39,901 bases of DNA from Terrimicrobiaceae bacterium (GTDB lineage: Bacteria > Verrucomicrobiota > Verrucomicrobiia > Chthoniobacterales > Terrimicrobiaceae). The stretch spans positions 1-39,901 of the forward strand of contig JBGSVZ010000002.1 in the NCBI GenBank assembly GCA_041752695.1, written 5' to 3'. The translations under genes were made by a program, and so were the position numbers. Position 1 is the stretch's first letter. The number at the start of each line of letters is the position of its first letter. Positions 1-8,705 of the stretch are shown here, piece by piece. The notes under the pieces are model-generated. The model saw only the letters and a list, made by a program, of their open reading frames with translations, made no database searches and was not told where the DNA came from.

Positions 1-8
1 ACGCCCAG

Positions 9-172
9 CTGCAGCTCCATAGCACAACTTCACAAACGCAGAGCTACAGCTCCACAGAACAGCATCTCACACACGCAACTGCAACTCCACAGAACAGCAT
101 CTCACACACTCAGCTGCAGATGCACAACACAGCATTACAAAAGCTGCATCGTTACAAAAATATCTCACACGC
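9..172. repeat. Degenerate ~35-bp A/C-rich tandem repeat, about 5 copies
   Basis: Units starting CT(G/A)CA begin at 9, 44, 79, 114 and 144 (periods 35, 35, 35, 30). Units 2 and 3 share CTCCACAGAACAGCATCTCACACAC exactly. No unique spacers. Confidence 0.85.
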
Positions 173-452
173 TCACCAGCAAGGTGCGCGCCTCCGCGCT
201 GGCACCGAGCGCGGCGAGTTCGACCCGCCAGCGGCCCTCGGCGTCGGCAAGAGCGGCGACTTGCTGGCTAGCGAAGGCGACGGTTACTTTTTGCCCCGGA
301 GCGGCGGTGCCCCAGACGGGGACGGGCCGCCCTTGCTGGAGAACCATGTGGTCGCCAAAGGCGGGCGCGAGGCGCACGGAGGCGGACGCCGTGAGAAGCG
401 GCAGCGCAGCCAGCAGGGCAAAAATGAGGAGGCGAAACGGCGATGAGGTCAC
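165..452 (-). pseudogene. Sialate O-acetylesterase (SASA family) 5' fragment, truncated at the junction with the tandem repeat
   Basis: Probable GTG start at 452 (or 458), a signal peptide (..LLTASA), then the typical N-terminus VRLAPAFGDHMVLQQGRPVPVWGTAAPGQKVTVAF...ADAEGRWRVEL. It stops at 165, before the expected GEVWxxSGQSNM catalytic block. Confidence 0.8.
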
Positions 453-478
453 AATCACAGAATGGAAAAGGCCGTTAG

Positions 479-550
479 GTCGTTCTCTTTGTAGCCGTAG
501 GATTCGTTGGTAGTGGGTATGGCTTCCCAGTTGCCCTGCTGCGGAAAAGC
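479..550 (-). pseudogene. Remnant of a GH29 alpha-L-fucosidase gene
   Basis: The frame of ORF 455..658 reads AFPQQGNWEAIPTTNESYGYKEND, matching the WEAIPTTNESYGY segment I recognise from GH29 fucosidases. The flanking translation is not fucosidase-like. Confidence 0.65.
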
Positions 551-654
551 GAGGCGGCATGGCGAGGGGGAGCCAGGAAGCAGAAGAGGCCGAGCCGGCG
601 GGGGCGGAGCCTCGCCGCTTATGCCCATTTGAATGGCGTTGGTTTCAGATTCGC

Positions 655-2868
655 TCATCGTTCACTCACAAAAATAATTTCCCCGGCGGGCAGTGCAAAT
701 GTCGCTGGGGCGGGGATGGGGGCGACCGACTCGACCGCGCCAGCTTCTTTCAACCAGTCGGCCCGGAACTTTTCTCCGCTCCGGTGCAGGACCTGTGAAG
801 GATCCAGAGTCAACGTCACGGGTTGATCGGTCGGATTGAAGGCCACACGATAGCTGCCGCTGCCGTCTTGGACGGTGAAGCTCAACACGCCGGATGCATC
901 GTCCACGCGGCTGACCGTGGCCGGAGCTGACGAGGAAGGGCGCAACTCCACCAAGTAATAATGAATTGTGCCTTTGGGGTAGAGGGTGGTGGAACCCGAC
1001 TTGGCAGCCGCATCCACCACCATCAGACGGCAGGCTTTTCTGGCGCTGCTTTGGTTCAGTCCTCCGCCCATCACGTCGCTGTATTCATGCTCAAAGCCCG
1101 CAAAATCGTGTGCGTGAAATGTCGCGATTAAATCCCCGTAAGAAAAACTGCCTCCGCCCAATTCCTGCAGTTCTTTGCGCACGCCCCACGTGGCCCGTCC
1201 ACTCACCAGGAAGAGCCGTCCATAAATTCCCGCTCCCGTGAACTCTTCCCCGGCCTCAAGAGTGACCAGTCCGACCATGCGGTCCCGCGTCATGAGCCAG
1301 GCTTGGCGAGTGATCCAATCGGTCGCAGGCTTATTATAAGTTCCCAGTTTGGACACGGCCCCGAGAGCGGCGGCATGTTCCCCAACCGCGCTGGTGGTAA
1401 CCGACTCCTCATTAGCCAGAGTGATCCGGCCCCGATGTTCGGTGTCGCTATCTTTTGAGGGATCAACCCGGATTTCCATTCCCGCATCCTGCAATGCGGA
1501 ATCGAGCTGCCAATTGCCAGGCTTCCCTGTTTCGATCACGCAGCCCACGTAGCTCGACTTGCCGCGGGTATCGTAAGTTTTCCGCGTGGTGCCCACATAA
1601 GACCAAGTGCCATAGCGGGCGCGCGGGCCTTCCACATTGCGGTCGTACGTGAGATAGTTATCGGGACTGGGCGCGGCCACTCGATCGGGATTCCAAAAAG
1701 CGGCCGCCCATAGATTGCCTTTGTAGCCCAGATTCGCCACCCTCTGATTGTGGGCGCAGTCGTTTAACTCAGCCATCACTGCTGCTTCAGCTGCCCCGTT
1801 GGCGGTATTCCAATAATGATGCCAGCTCGGGGCCGTTGCCCATTCGATGACTCCCGTCGGCGAGACGACAAGCGGATAATACCAACGCAGGCGTTTCACC
1901 ATTTCCATCGGTTGATCCATTCCGGAAATTTGGGCGGTCCGCGTTAAAGAATACACCGCAGTGCCATGATAACTGGGACATTCGTTATGTTGGCCAAAGT
2001 AGTTCGTGCCCCCATCCGAAAGGATGTGCGGCTCGATATAAGCCAATCCTGCCTGGAGGGCTGCCGCATACTCCGGCGTGGGGAAGATGCGTTGGGCAAT
2101 GGCCATCCCCAGCACCAAATTCACGTCGGCATTGACCAGACAGGGGGTTTCGGGCGTGGCGGGTTGAAACCACTCCGGTCTTTTTTTAATAATAGCATTC
2201 GCATTATTGCGCACTGCTTGGTCCATGCCTGCCTGCAAACTGGGAGGCACGATCTCCGGATGGCAGGTGCGGAGAATCAACCAAGCATCGGCAATGGTGC
2301 CGCATGGACCGAAATCGCCCAGCACCGGGCCACCTTCGGCCATGTATTCCGCAAAAACCGCCAGGCGGCGCAGCAGCGGTGCCACAAGCTCAGGGCGTCC
2401 TGCGAGCTCGCTTTGCGGATGACAAAAAGCCTGCGTGAGTTTGAGCAATTCCTCCGCCCGCACAATAAATGCCCAGCCCTCTTCCGTCCGGGCCTTGGCC
2501 CCCTCCGGGCCTTTGGGAAAGCGCCTGTCGGGAGCGAGAACCCTCTTTTGCAAATCGGTAAAGAATTCCTTCCGTACCGGATTGCCTTCTTCTCTGGCGA
2601 TGGGTGGCAGCAAGTCGGGGTGGGGATGGACGGCGGTTTCCCCGGGAGGCGTGGAGAGTAAACGCGCCTGATCGGCCCGGCGCGAAGCGGCTAGTTCGGG
2701 CAAGTTCGATTCTTCCGCAAGGGCGATGTCCTCTTCCAACCATGCCTGCACAGCCTCCATGCGCTCCGCGTGCAACGCGGGAGTCGCTCGGGCAGCGAGT
2801 GGAAGGCTGCCGATGGCCCAAAGGACGGTGGAGACAGAAAAAAACAGGAGGGATTTCGTGGGGTTCAT
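655..2868 (-). CDS. Secreted 737-aa protein, putative polysaccharide-lyase-like (heparinase II/III-type alpha/alpha + beta-sandwich)
   Basis: Signal peptide (..SLPLAARA). ILSDGGTNYFGQHNECPSYH resembles the heparinase II/III 'ILxDGG..ExSxxYH' motif. Helical N-half and beta-rich C-half. Start overlaps the upstream stop (ATGA). Confidence 0.65.
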   Translation of the reverse strand: MNPTKSLLFFSVSTVLWAIGSLPLAARATPALHAERMEAVQAWLEEDIALAEESNLPELAASRRADQARLLSTPPGETAVHPHPDLLPPIAREEGNPVRKEFFTDLQKRVLAPDRRFPKGPEGAKARTEEGWAFIVRAEELLKLTQAFCHPQSELAGRPELVAPLLRRLAVFAEYMAEGGPVLGDFGPCGTIADAWLILRTCHPEIVPPSLQAGMDQAVRNNANAIIKKRPEWFQPATPETPCLVNADVNLVLGMAIAQRIFPTPEYAAALQAGLAYIEPHILSDGGTNYFGQHNECPSYHGTAVYSLTRTAQISGMDQPMEMVKRLRWYYPLVVSPTGVIEWATAPSWHHYWNTANGAAEAAVMAELNDCAHNQRVANLGYKGNLWAAAFWNPDRVAAPSPDNYLTYDRNVEGPRARYGTWSYVGTTRKTYDTRGKSSYVGCVIETGKPGNWQLDSALQDAGMEIRVDPSKDSDTEHRGRITLANEESVTTSAVGEHAAALGAVSKLGTYNKPATDWITRQAWLMTRDRMVGLVTLEAGEEFTGAGIYGRLFLVSGRATWGVRKELQELGGGSFSYGDLIATFHAHDFAGFEHEYSDVMGGGLNQSSARKACRLMVVDAAAKSGSTTLYPKGTIHYYLVELRPSSSAPATVSRVDDASGVLSFTVQDGSGSYRVAFNPTDQPVTLTLDPSQVLHRSGEKFRADWLKEAGAVESVAPIPAPATFALPAGEIIFVSER

Positions 2869-5800
2869 GGGGACGTAACTCTTAGACGAAGAAAACGGCG
2901 GGAATTGGCGGGCTCGGGGTCATTGACGGTGACATGTTGGCCGACCGTGCCTGGGTTGGTTACGATCGTTTGCCACGAGTTAGGCGAGAGGTCAGAAGAC
3001 CCTTCGACGCTATAGGTGAGGTCGGAGCGGGCGCGGAGGAAGGAAATTTGGAGGCTTAGACCTGAAATTTGCGGAACCGGAGTGGAGCCAGAGAGGGAGT
3101 CGGTGGGTGTGGTGCCCAGCGCGTATTCGATGAGGTTGGAGAGGCCGTCGCCATCAGCATCGAATTGGTCGGCGGCAGAACCAACGGCAAGATCTGTGCC
3201 GAAGGTGGAGAGCCTCCAAAGGTCAAGCGGACTATGGAATGTGAGATTGTCAAAAATCACGCTGCCCGTCTGGCCTCCGGTCCTCGGGGCAACCGCCAGG
3301 CCCACCGTGAGCGCAGAACCACTCATAGTATTCGTGACTGTCGTGCCCTGTTGGGACCAGGCGACTCCGTCATTGGAAAAATAGCCGGTGAACGTGTTGC
3401 CGCTGCGGACGAGTCGGATCCACTCGGGGAAGCCGCGACCGGTGGACGTCGAAGTCGCGGCATTGCCGCCTGTTGTGGTCTTGTTTTGGAAGATCGCGGA
3501 GCCGCCTTCCGTGAGATACATGATGGTGTTTTTCGAGCCGGTGGCCGGAGTTTCCCGAACCATAATCCCGGCCTTGGCACCGGTATCGGTCGCCACGAAG
3601 CTCCACACACGGGCAGTAAAAACCCCATCTCCCGACCATGGACGCGACACGTAAGTGAATCCCTCACTGGAGCCGCTCCAGATGTCGCCGCTGGTTCCCG
3701 TGCCCGCTGTTCCTCCGGTGCCGGCAACGAGCATGACACGATTGGTCACATCGTGTTGAGCTGTGCCGAGCGTGGTCGGTTGCGTGCCAATGTTCTGCAC
3801 ACTCCAAGGGGTGGCCGGCGCAGGCGGCGACGGATAGGGCAGGACGGTCACTGTGAACGTTGCGGTCGTCGTGTTCAGATTGGCATCGGCGGCGGTCGCG
3901 GTAACGACTGACGTTGTGCCGGGAGGAAAAGCCGAACCGCTCAGTGGAAAAAACGTCACGGGCACAGAGCCGTCCACGGCGTCAATGGCTGAAGCCGAAT
4001 ATGTGACAGTCGGCTGCGGATGAGTTGCCGAGATGGTCCGGTTGGCCGGAACGTTCGAAATCACGGGCGGCGTGACGTCGATGGACCCGGTCGCGGTGGT
4101 GCGAGTCCAGCCGGAGAGGTCGAGTGTCTCCCGCCGGTCGGGGGAACGCAGGACGAGAGTGGTCGAGTTTGCGGGTTGATAAATCCATGGGTTCTCGATG
4201 CGGGGAAAGAGGGCGTATTCGACGGGCGCGTCATTCACTGTGACCGGATAGGTGGTCACGTCCTGCGAACGGGTCAGGCGCAGTCGGTCGCCGCGCCGTG
4301 TCGTATAAACCGCGGTGGTTGGAGCGTCGGCCGGGCGGGATGGTTTTGGCAGGGCGAGGATGGCGGTGCGGAAGGCAGCGAGTTGGTCGGCTGGCGTCGC
4401 GCCGGGAAAATCCGTCGGCCGGGCAGTCTCAATGGCGACAGCAAACCGCAGATTTGTTGTGAGGGGCGAAACAAAAGTTGCGGGAGGACGGGTGGTGTTT
4501 GTGTCGCCATCGATCAGGAACTCGGAGTCGCCCGCCCGCGGTGCGCCCGATGGGTAGGTGATAGGCGTCGCCGGATTCCAGCCGAACGGAATCTCGGAAC
4601 GGATGGCGATCAGGACACTTCCGTAGTGGAGAAAGATCTGGCCCGTTGATGCGGCCTCGTTGACCACCGCGCGATAGCCCCCCGGCACGTAGCCCATGCC
4701 GTAGGGAGTGGGTGTCGGGGTTATGGTGAGGTCGGCCGGGGGCGCAATGTCGAAGCTGTAGAGCAAGGCGTCGCGCGCGACCGTCTCGGCGAACTGACGC
4801 GATTCTTTTCCATGGGTATTGGAGACATTGATGGAGGAGGGATCATCGTGGATGGGTTTGGCCACCCAAAGGTGGCTGTAGCGTGAGCGGTCAGAGTCGG
4901 TCCAGACCACCCCGTTGGCATAGACCTGACCGCTGTTGGGCCCAACCGGACCATCTGCAAAGAGGGCATAGTCCCGCTCAAGATAGGCTTGCAGGTAGTT
5001 TGCAGCATTGCGGCTGCGGGAGAAAAATGGCGTCTCGCGAGAGGCCGCGGCAAGTTCCAACACCGGCGAAACCGATGGGTTCATCACGGCTGTCAGGAGC
5101 GCAGAGTCACTGTCCAAAGCGGGCAATTCGCCGCCGAAATGAACCCAAAACATGCCGATCGATGCGCCGCTGGACGGGCTTTGTTCCAGCATATCGGGGT
5201 AACTGCGCGAGGTGGGCATGGCGAGGTGACCACGCAGCCAGTAACCGGCGTGCTGGGCCAGACCCGCCTCGTAAGTAAGGGCGGAGCGCTGGCGGACAGT
5301 AGGGTCCTGCGCGAGTTGGCCGAGGCTCAGAAGAGGCAAAAGATTTTTCCACAGGTAAGGCCGCGAGGCGATTTCGCCAAATCCGGAACTGACAACGGTA
5401 TTGAGGTGACCAAGGATGGTGTCGCGGGCATTCGGATCAGCGGCACGCCAGTCGTTGGTGACAGGAACTCCGTTGACATCCACCGCTGCGTCGAAAGCGG
5501 CTTCTCCATAAAGTTCACCGCCGAGAAACCGAGTGACCCACGAAAGCGTCTTTAAGTTCGAGGTGGTGGTGTCTTTGTATTGATTAAATGTCAGGACGAC
5601 CTGACGAATATTAGCCTTCGTCTCTTCGTCGAGGTGCTGACCGTAACGGGCCACAAGATCCACCGCAGGCCAGATATAAAAAAGATCAACCTGCACCGCT
5701 CCGTCGAGGTGGTTGGCGAGCAGGCTGCGAGAGCGGCTCAGTGCAGAGGAACGGCCCACTTCGATGTCTCCCCGGGCAAAAAATCCCGCCGCCGCCGTAA

Positions 5801-8705
5801 ATCCGTCCACCCCACCGGGATCGTCCGCCAGTCGGGTGAGCAGCCAGTCGCGCCGCTGAGCCATCGTGGAAACAGCTGGCAAGGTGATCACTCGCAGGAC
5901 GCCCGCCGAGGACAGATCGGAGCGGTCCCAGAGGAGGTCGCCGGAAAGATAAGGCAACTGGATCGAAGAAAAATCGCCGACAAACTCCCCGGCACTGAGC
6001 AGTTGGATCGAGTCTCCGGCGGAAAGCGGCTCTCCTCCGACTTCCACCACAAGACGCCCGGCGCGAACGAACGTTCCCGACACGGCGATGCCGGAGTGCA
6101 CCACATTGCCCCCGGTTTTCTCGATGCGCAATGTTGTCACGGCGGTCGGGCCCAGTTCGAGTTGCTGAAAAGAAACCAACCCATCGGGAGCCAGTTCGCC
6201 TTGAATACTTAGCGACCCGCCCACGGATCCCTCTCCATCCAACGTGGCTCCAGGTGCCACAATCATGGTGATGTTCGCCTGCGAAGCCGAAGCCAAACTC
6301 ACCTGACCGCTGGTGATCGTTAGTGAACCGTTTCCGCCAAGCGTACCGGAAAGGACGAGACCGCCTGGAGCATCAATGGTGGAGTTATCAGTGACGGTGA
6401 GCGGACCTGCCAGGGAGGCTGTCGAGTTGGCGGAGTTTCGCAGAGTGCCTCCGGAAAGAGTGACCGGTTCCGCGCCGACGGCAAAACCTGCGAAATCCAG
6501 GACGGCACCGGCGGAGACGATGGTGCCACCCGAAGTTGCACCCAGCGCGGAGACGTGGCCGACGCCAAGTGTGCCCGAGCTGAGAGTCAGGCTTCCAGTG
6601 AAACCGTTGCTGCCTGTAAGAGTGACCAGGCCATTCGAAACACTAACCCCGCCCGAGCCCGAGATCGGATTCGAAAATCGGAGCGTTTCACCGGCATCCG
6701 GTGCGAGTTTGAGAGTTCCCGCGTTGTTCACGCCCCCGCCGCCGAGTGCTCCGGAATCCCGCACTTCCAATATGCCACCGGTAATCGTCGTCGAGCCGGT
6801 AAAGGCGTGCGGACCGTTGAGGACAAGGCGTCCGCCGCCCGATTTGGTGAGGCCCATGGGGCCGGCGAGACTTCCGGCTCCAAGAAACGTGTAGTCTCCA
6901 GCCGAGGAAACCGTGACGGACGCCGGGATCAGCGTGCCGATCAGGGACACCACCGGGTTGGCGGCACCGGTGTCATCGAAAAGCACGGCATCGGGTTTCG
7001 CGAAAACCGCTGGAAGTGCGCCGGCAAGCCAGTTGTCCGACGTTCCCGCATCCCATAGATTGCCAACCCCTGACCATGTCAGGTTCCGTCCGCTGTAGGG
7101 ATTCGTCGAGACCACGGCGGACAACTCGGTGCCCGCAGCGTTGAGTTGGAGCGAAACAACCTTTGTGAGAGACGTGAAGCCGACGGCCGCAATATTGGCC
7201 ACCCCCGAAATTCCGCCGGTGGCATGGAGCAATGGGTGGCTGCCATTGGGCAGGGTCTCGGGCAATCGAACGGTCGAAGCTGCGGCAAACGCGACCGATC
7301 CAGTCACCGAAGTGGGCGTTCCCGTGCCGAACTCGAATTCGGAACCTTGCGCAAAAGTGATCGGCCCGATGACTAAGCCGGAACCGGAAAGTGACTGCCC
7401 TGCGCCGACCGAGAATCCCATGACACCGGAAACATCCAAGGCTGTTGACGGGAGAAGCTCGAAGCGTGAGACGCCCGGTAGGCCAGCGCCCGCGGCGAGG
7501 GCGAGTGTTCCGGACTGAATCGACACCGTGCCGGAAAAGCTGTGGGTTCCCGAAACCGTGAGCCGTCCCGTGCCCTGCTTCACCAACCGTCCCGCACCGG
7601 CACCGGAAATCGGTGTGTTCCAATTTTGGGCCGCCGCATTAGCGATCTCGACGGTGGAGTTGATGACAAGCGGGCCGGAAAGGCCGCCAAGCACTCCCGA
7701 AGTTTCCCTGAAGCGCAGGGTGCCCCCGGAGACAATCGTCGGGCCGGGAAATGTATTGGCAGCCGCGAGGGAGAGCGCGCCGGTTCCGTCTTTCACCAGC
7801 GAGGTCACGCCAGAGATCGGACGGGAAACAGAGAGTGTGCCGGCACCCCCCAACGTGAGAGTGTAAGCCCCAGTCAGCGCGTCGCCAGAAGCGGGAGCGA
7901 GGGTGAGCGAGGCCCCGGCATCGGCGGATATCCGGGCGTCGGAACCCAGTGTCACCAGACCATTCCAGGAGTTGCTGCCGGAAACACTGCGGAGTGCGCC
8001 GAAACCCTCATGACCTTCTCCGCGGAGCGTGAGGGCCCGCGCGGGCGAAATGGTGCCGGCCAATGAGAGGGAACCGCCAGCATTAACGACAGCGGCCCCA
8101 TTCGCGACGGATGAACTATTGAGGATCCGATATTCCCCTTCGTGAATCGTCAGTGTGCCGCCCGACATACCAACATTTTGGCCTTGGAAAATCACCAGAC
8201 CCGGACCGGTCTTGACCAATTTGGCATTGCGCGAACCCCCACTGTTGGCCCCTGCGAGCGTAATCGTCGTGCCCGCCGCCGAGTCCAGAGTGACCGTGTT
8301 GTTGTAAAAATCGGGCGAATTCTGGATGACGAGTGAAGTGCCTGGACGGGTCTGAATCACTGACCCGTTTTTAAAGATTCGAGTGAGAGTTTGGATGACA
8401 ACATGACCCTCTTCGACAATCACACTTCCCATCTCACCGGAGGCACCGGTGAGGGTCAGAGTGCTGCCAAAACCGTCCACCCCGGCGGATAGAATGGCCG
8501 TGTTCCGAGAGGGCAAAGCAAGAGTGGAGGTTGTGCCGGCGGAATTTGCTGACCATGTCGTGCCAGTCCACGGATGGGCACCCGTCACAACACCCGAGCC
8601 GCCATTTGGACCATTCAGATCGAAATAATAGGAAGCGTGCAGCGGGACGAGGCTCAGAAAGAGAAGACCAACGGCGGAGCGAGTGATAACGCCGCGGATT
8701 CTCAT
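2865..8705 (-). CDS. 1946-aa secreted modular protein: autotransporter-associated beta-strand repeats, uncharacterised alpha/alpha catalytic-like domain, HYR, ConA/DUF1349-like domain, RFLRLRVT C-terminal domain
   Basis: Signal peptide (..VPLHA). Repeats LVKxGxGxLxLxxxNTFxGxTxVxxGTL. HYR-like DVTPPVISNVP..GSAFPPGTTSVVTATAAD. GDGVFTARV..AKAGIMVRET. DADGDGLSNLIEYALGTTP...RRFLRLRVTSP. ATGA overlaps at both ends. Confidence 0.85.
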   Translation of the reverse strand: MRIRGVITRSAVGLLFLSLVPLHASYYFDLNGPNGGSGVVTGAHPWTGTTWSANSAGTTSTLALPSRNTAILSAGVDGFGSTLTLTGASGEMGSVIVEEGHVVIQTLTRIFKNGSVIQTRPGTSLVIQNSPDFYNNTVTLDSAAGTTITLAGANSGGSRNAKLVKTGPGLVIFQGQNVGMSGGTLTIHEGEYRILNSSSVANGAAVVNAGGSLSLAGTISPARALTLRGEGHEGFGALRSVSGSNSWNGLVTLGSDARISADAGASLTLAPASGDALTGAYTLTLGGAGTLSVSRPISGVTSLVKDGTGALSLAAANTFPGPTIVSGGTLRFRETSGVLGGLSGPLVINSTVEIANAAAQNWNTPISGAGAGRLVKQGTGRLTVSGTHSFSGTVSIQSGTLALAAGAGLPGVSRFELLPSTALDVSGVMGFSVGAGQSLSGSGLVIGPITFAQGSEFEFGTGTPTSVTGSVAFAAASTVRLPETLPNGSHPLLHATGGISGVANIAAVGFTSLTKVVSLQLNAAGTELSAVVSTNPYSGRNLTWSGVGNLWDAGTSDNWLAGALPAVFAKPDAVLFDDTGAANPVVSLIGTLIPASVTVSSAGDYTFLGAGSLAGPMGLTKSGGGRLVLNGPHAFTGSTTITGGILEVRDSGALGGGGVNNAGTLKLAPDAGETLRFSNPISGSGGVSVSNGLVTLTGSNGFTGSLTLSSGTLGVGHVSALGATSGGTIVSAGAVLDFAGFAVGAEPVTLSGGTLRNSANSTASLAGPLTVTDNSTIDAPGGLVLSGTLGGNGSLTITSGQVSLASASQANITMIVAPGATLDGEGSVGGSLSIQGELAPDGLVSFQQLELGPTAVTTLRIEKTGGNVVHSGIAVSGTFVRAGRLVVEVGGEPLSAGDSIQLLSAGEFVGDFSSIQLPYLSGDLLWDRSDLSSAGVLRVITLPAVSTMAQRRDWLLTRLADDPGGVDGFTAAAGFFARGDIEVGRSSALSRSRSLLANHLDGAVQVDLFYIWPAVDLVARYGQHLDEETKANIRQVVLTFNQYKDTTTSNLKTLSWVTRFLGGELYGEAAFDAAVDVNGVPVTNDWRAADPNARDTILGHLNTVVSSGFGEIASRPYLWKNLLPLLSLGQLAQDPTVRQRSALTYEAGLAQHAGYWLRGHLAMPTSRSYPDMLEQSPSSGASIGMFWVHFGGELPALDSDSALLTAVMNPSVSPVLELAAASRETPFFSRSRNAANYLQAYLERDYALFADGPVGPNSGQVYANGVVWTDSDRSRYSHLWVAKPIHDDPSSINVSNTHGKESRQFAETVARDALLYSFDIAPPADLTITPTPTPYGMGYVPGGYRAVVNEAASTGQIFLHYGSVLIAIRSEIPFGWNPATPITYPSGAPRAGDSEFLIDGDTNTTRPPATFVSPLTTNLRFAVAIETARPTDFPGATPADQLAAFRTAILALPKPSRPADAPTTAVYTTRRGDRLRLTRSQDVTTYPVTVNDAPVEYALFPRIENPWIYQPANSTTLVLRSPDRRETLDLSGWTRTTATGSIDVTPPVISNVPANRTISATHPQPTVTYSASAIDAVDGSVPVTFFPLSGSAFPPGTTSVVTATAADANLNTTTATFTVTVLPYPSPPAPATPWSVQNIGTQPTTLGTAQHDVTNRVMLVAGTGGTAGTGTSGDIWSGSSEGFTYVSRPWSGDGVFTARVWSFVATDTGAKAGIMVRETPATGSKNTIMYLTEGGSAIFQNKTTTGGNAATSTSTGRGFPEWIRLVRSGNTFTGYFSNDGVAWSQQGTTVTNTMSGSALTVGLAVAPRTGGQTGSVIFDNLTFHSPLDLWRLSTFGTDLAVGSAADQFDADGDGLSNLIEYALGTTPTDSLSGSTPVPQISGLSLQISFLRARSDLTYSVEGSSDLSPNSWQTIVTNPGTVGQHVTVNDPEPANSRRFLRLRVTSP

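Noticed and set aside
9..172. CRISPR array
   Set aside because: The units are directly adjacent and degenerate, with no unique spacers and no cas genes in the window.
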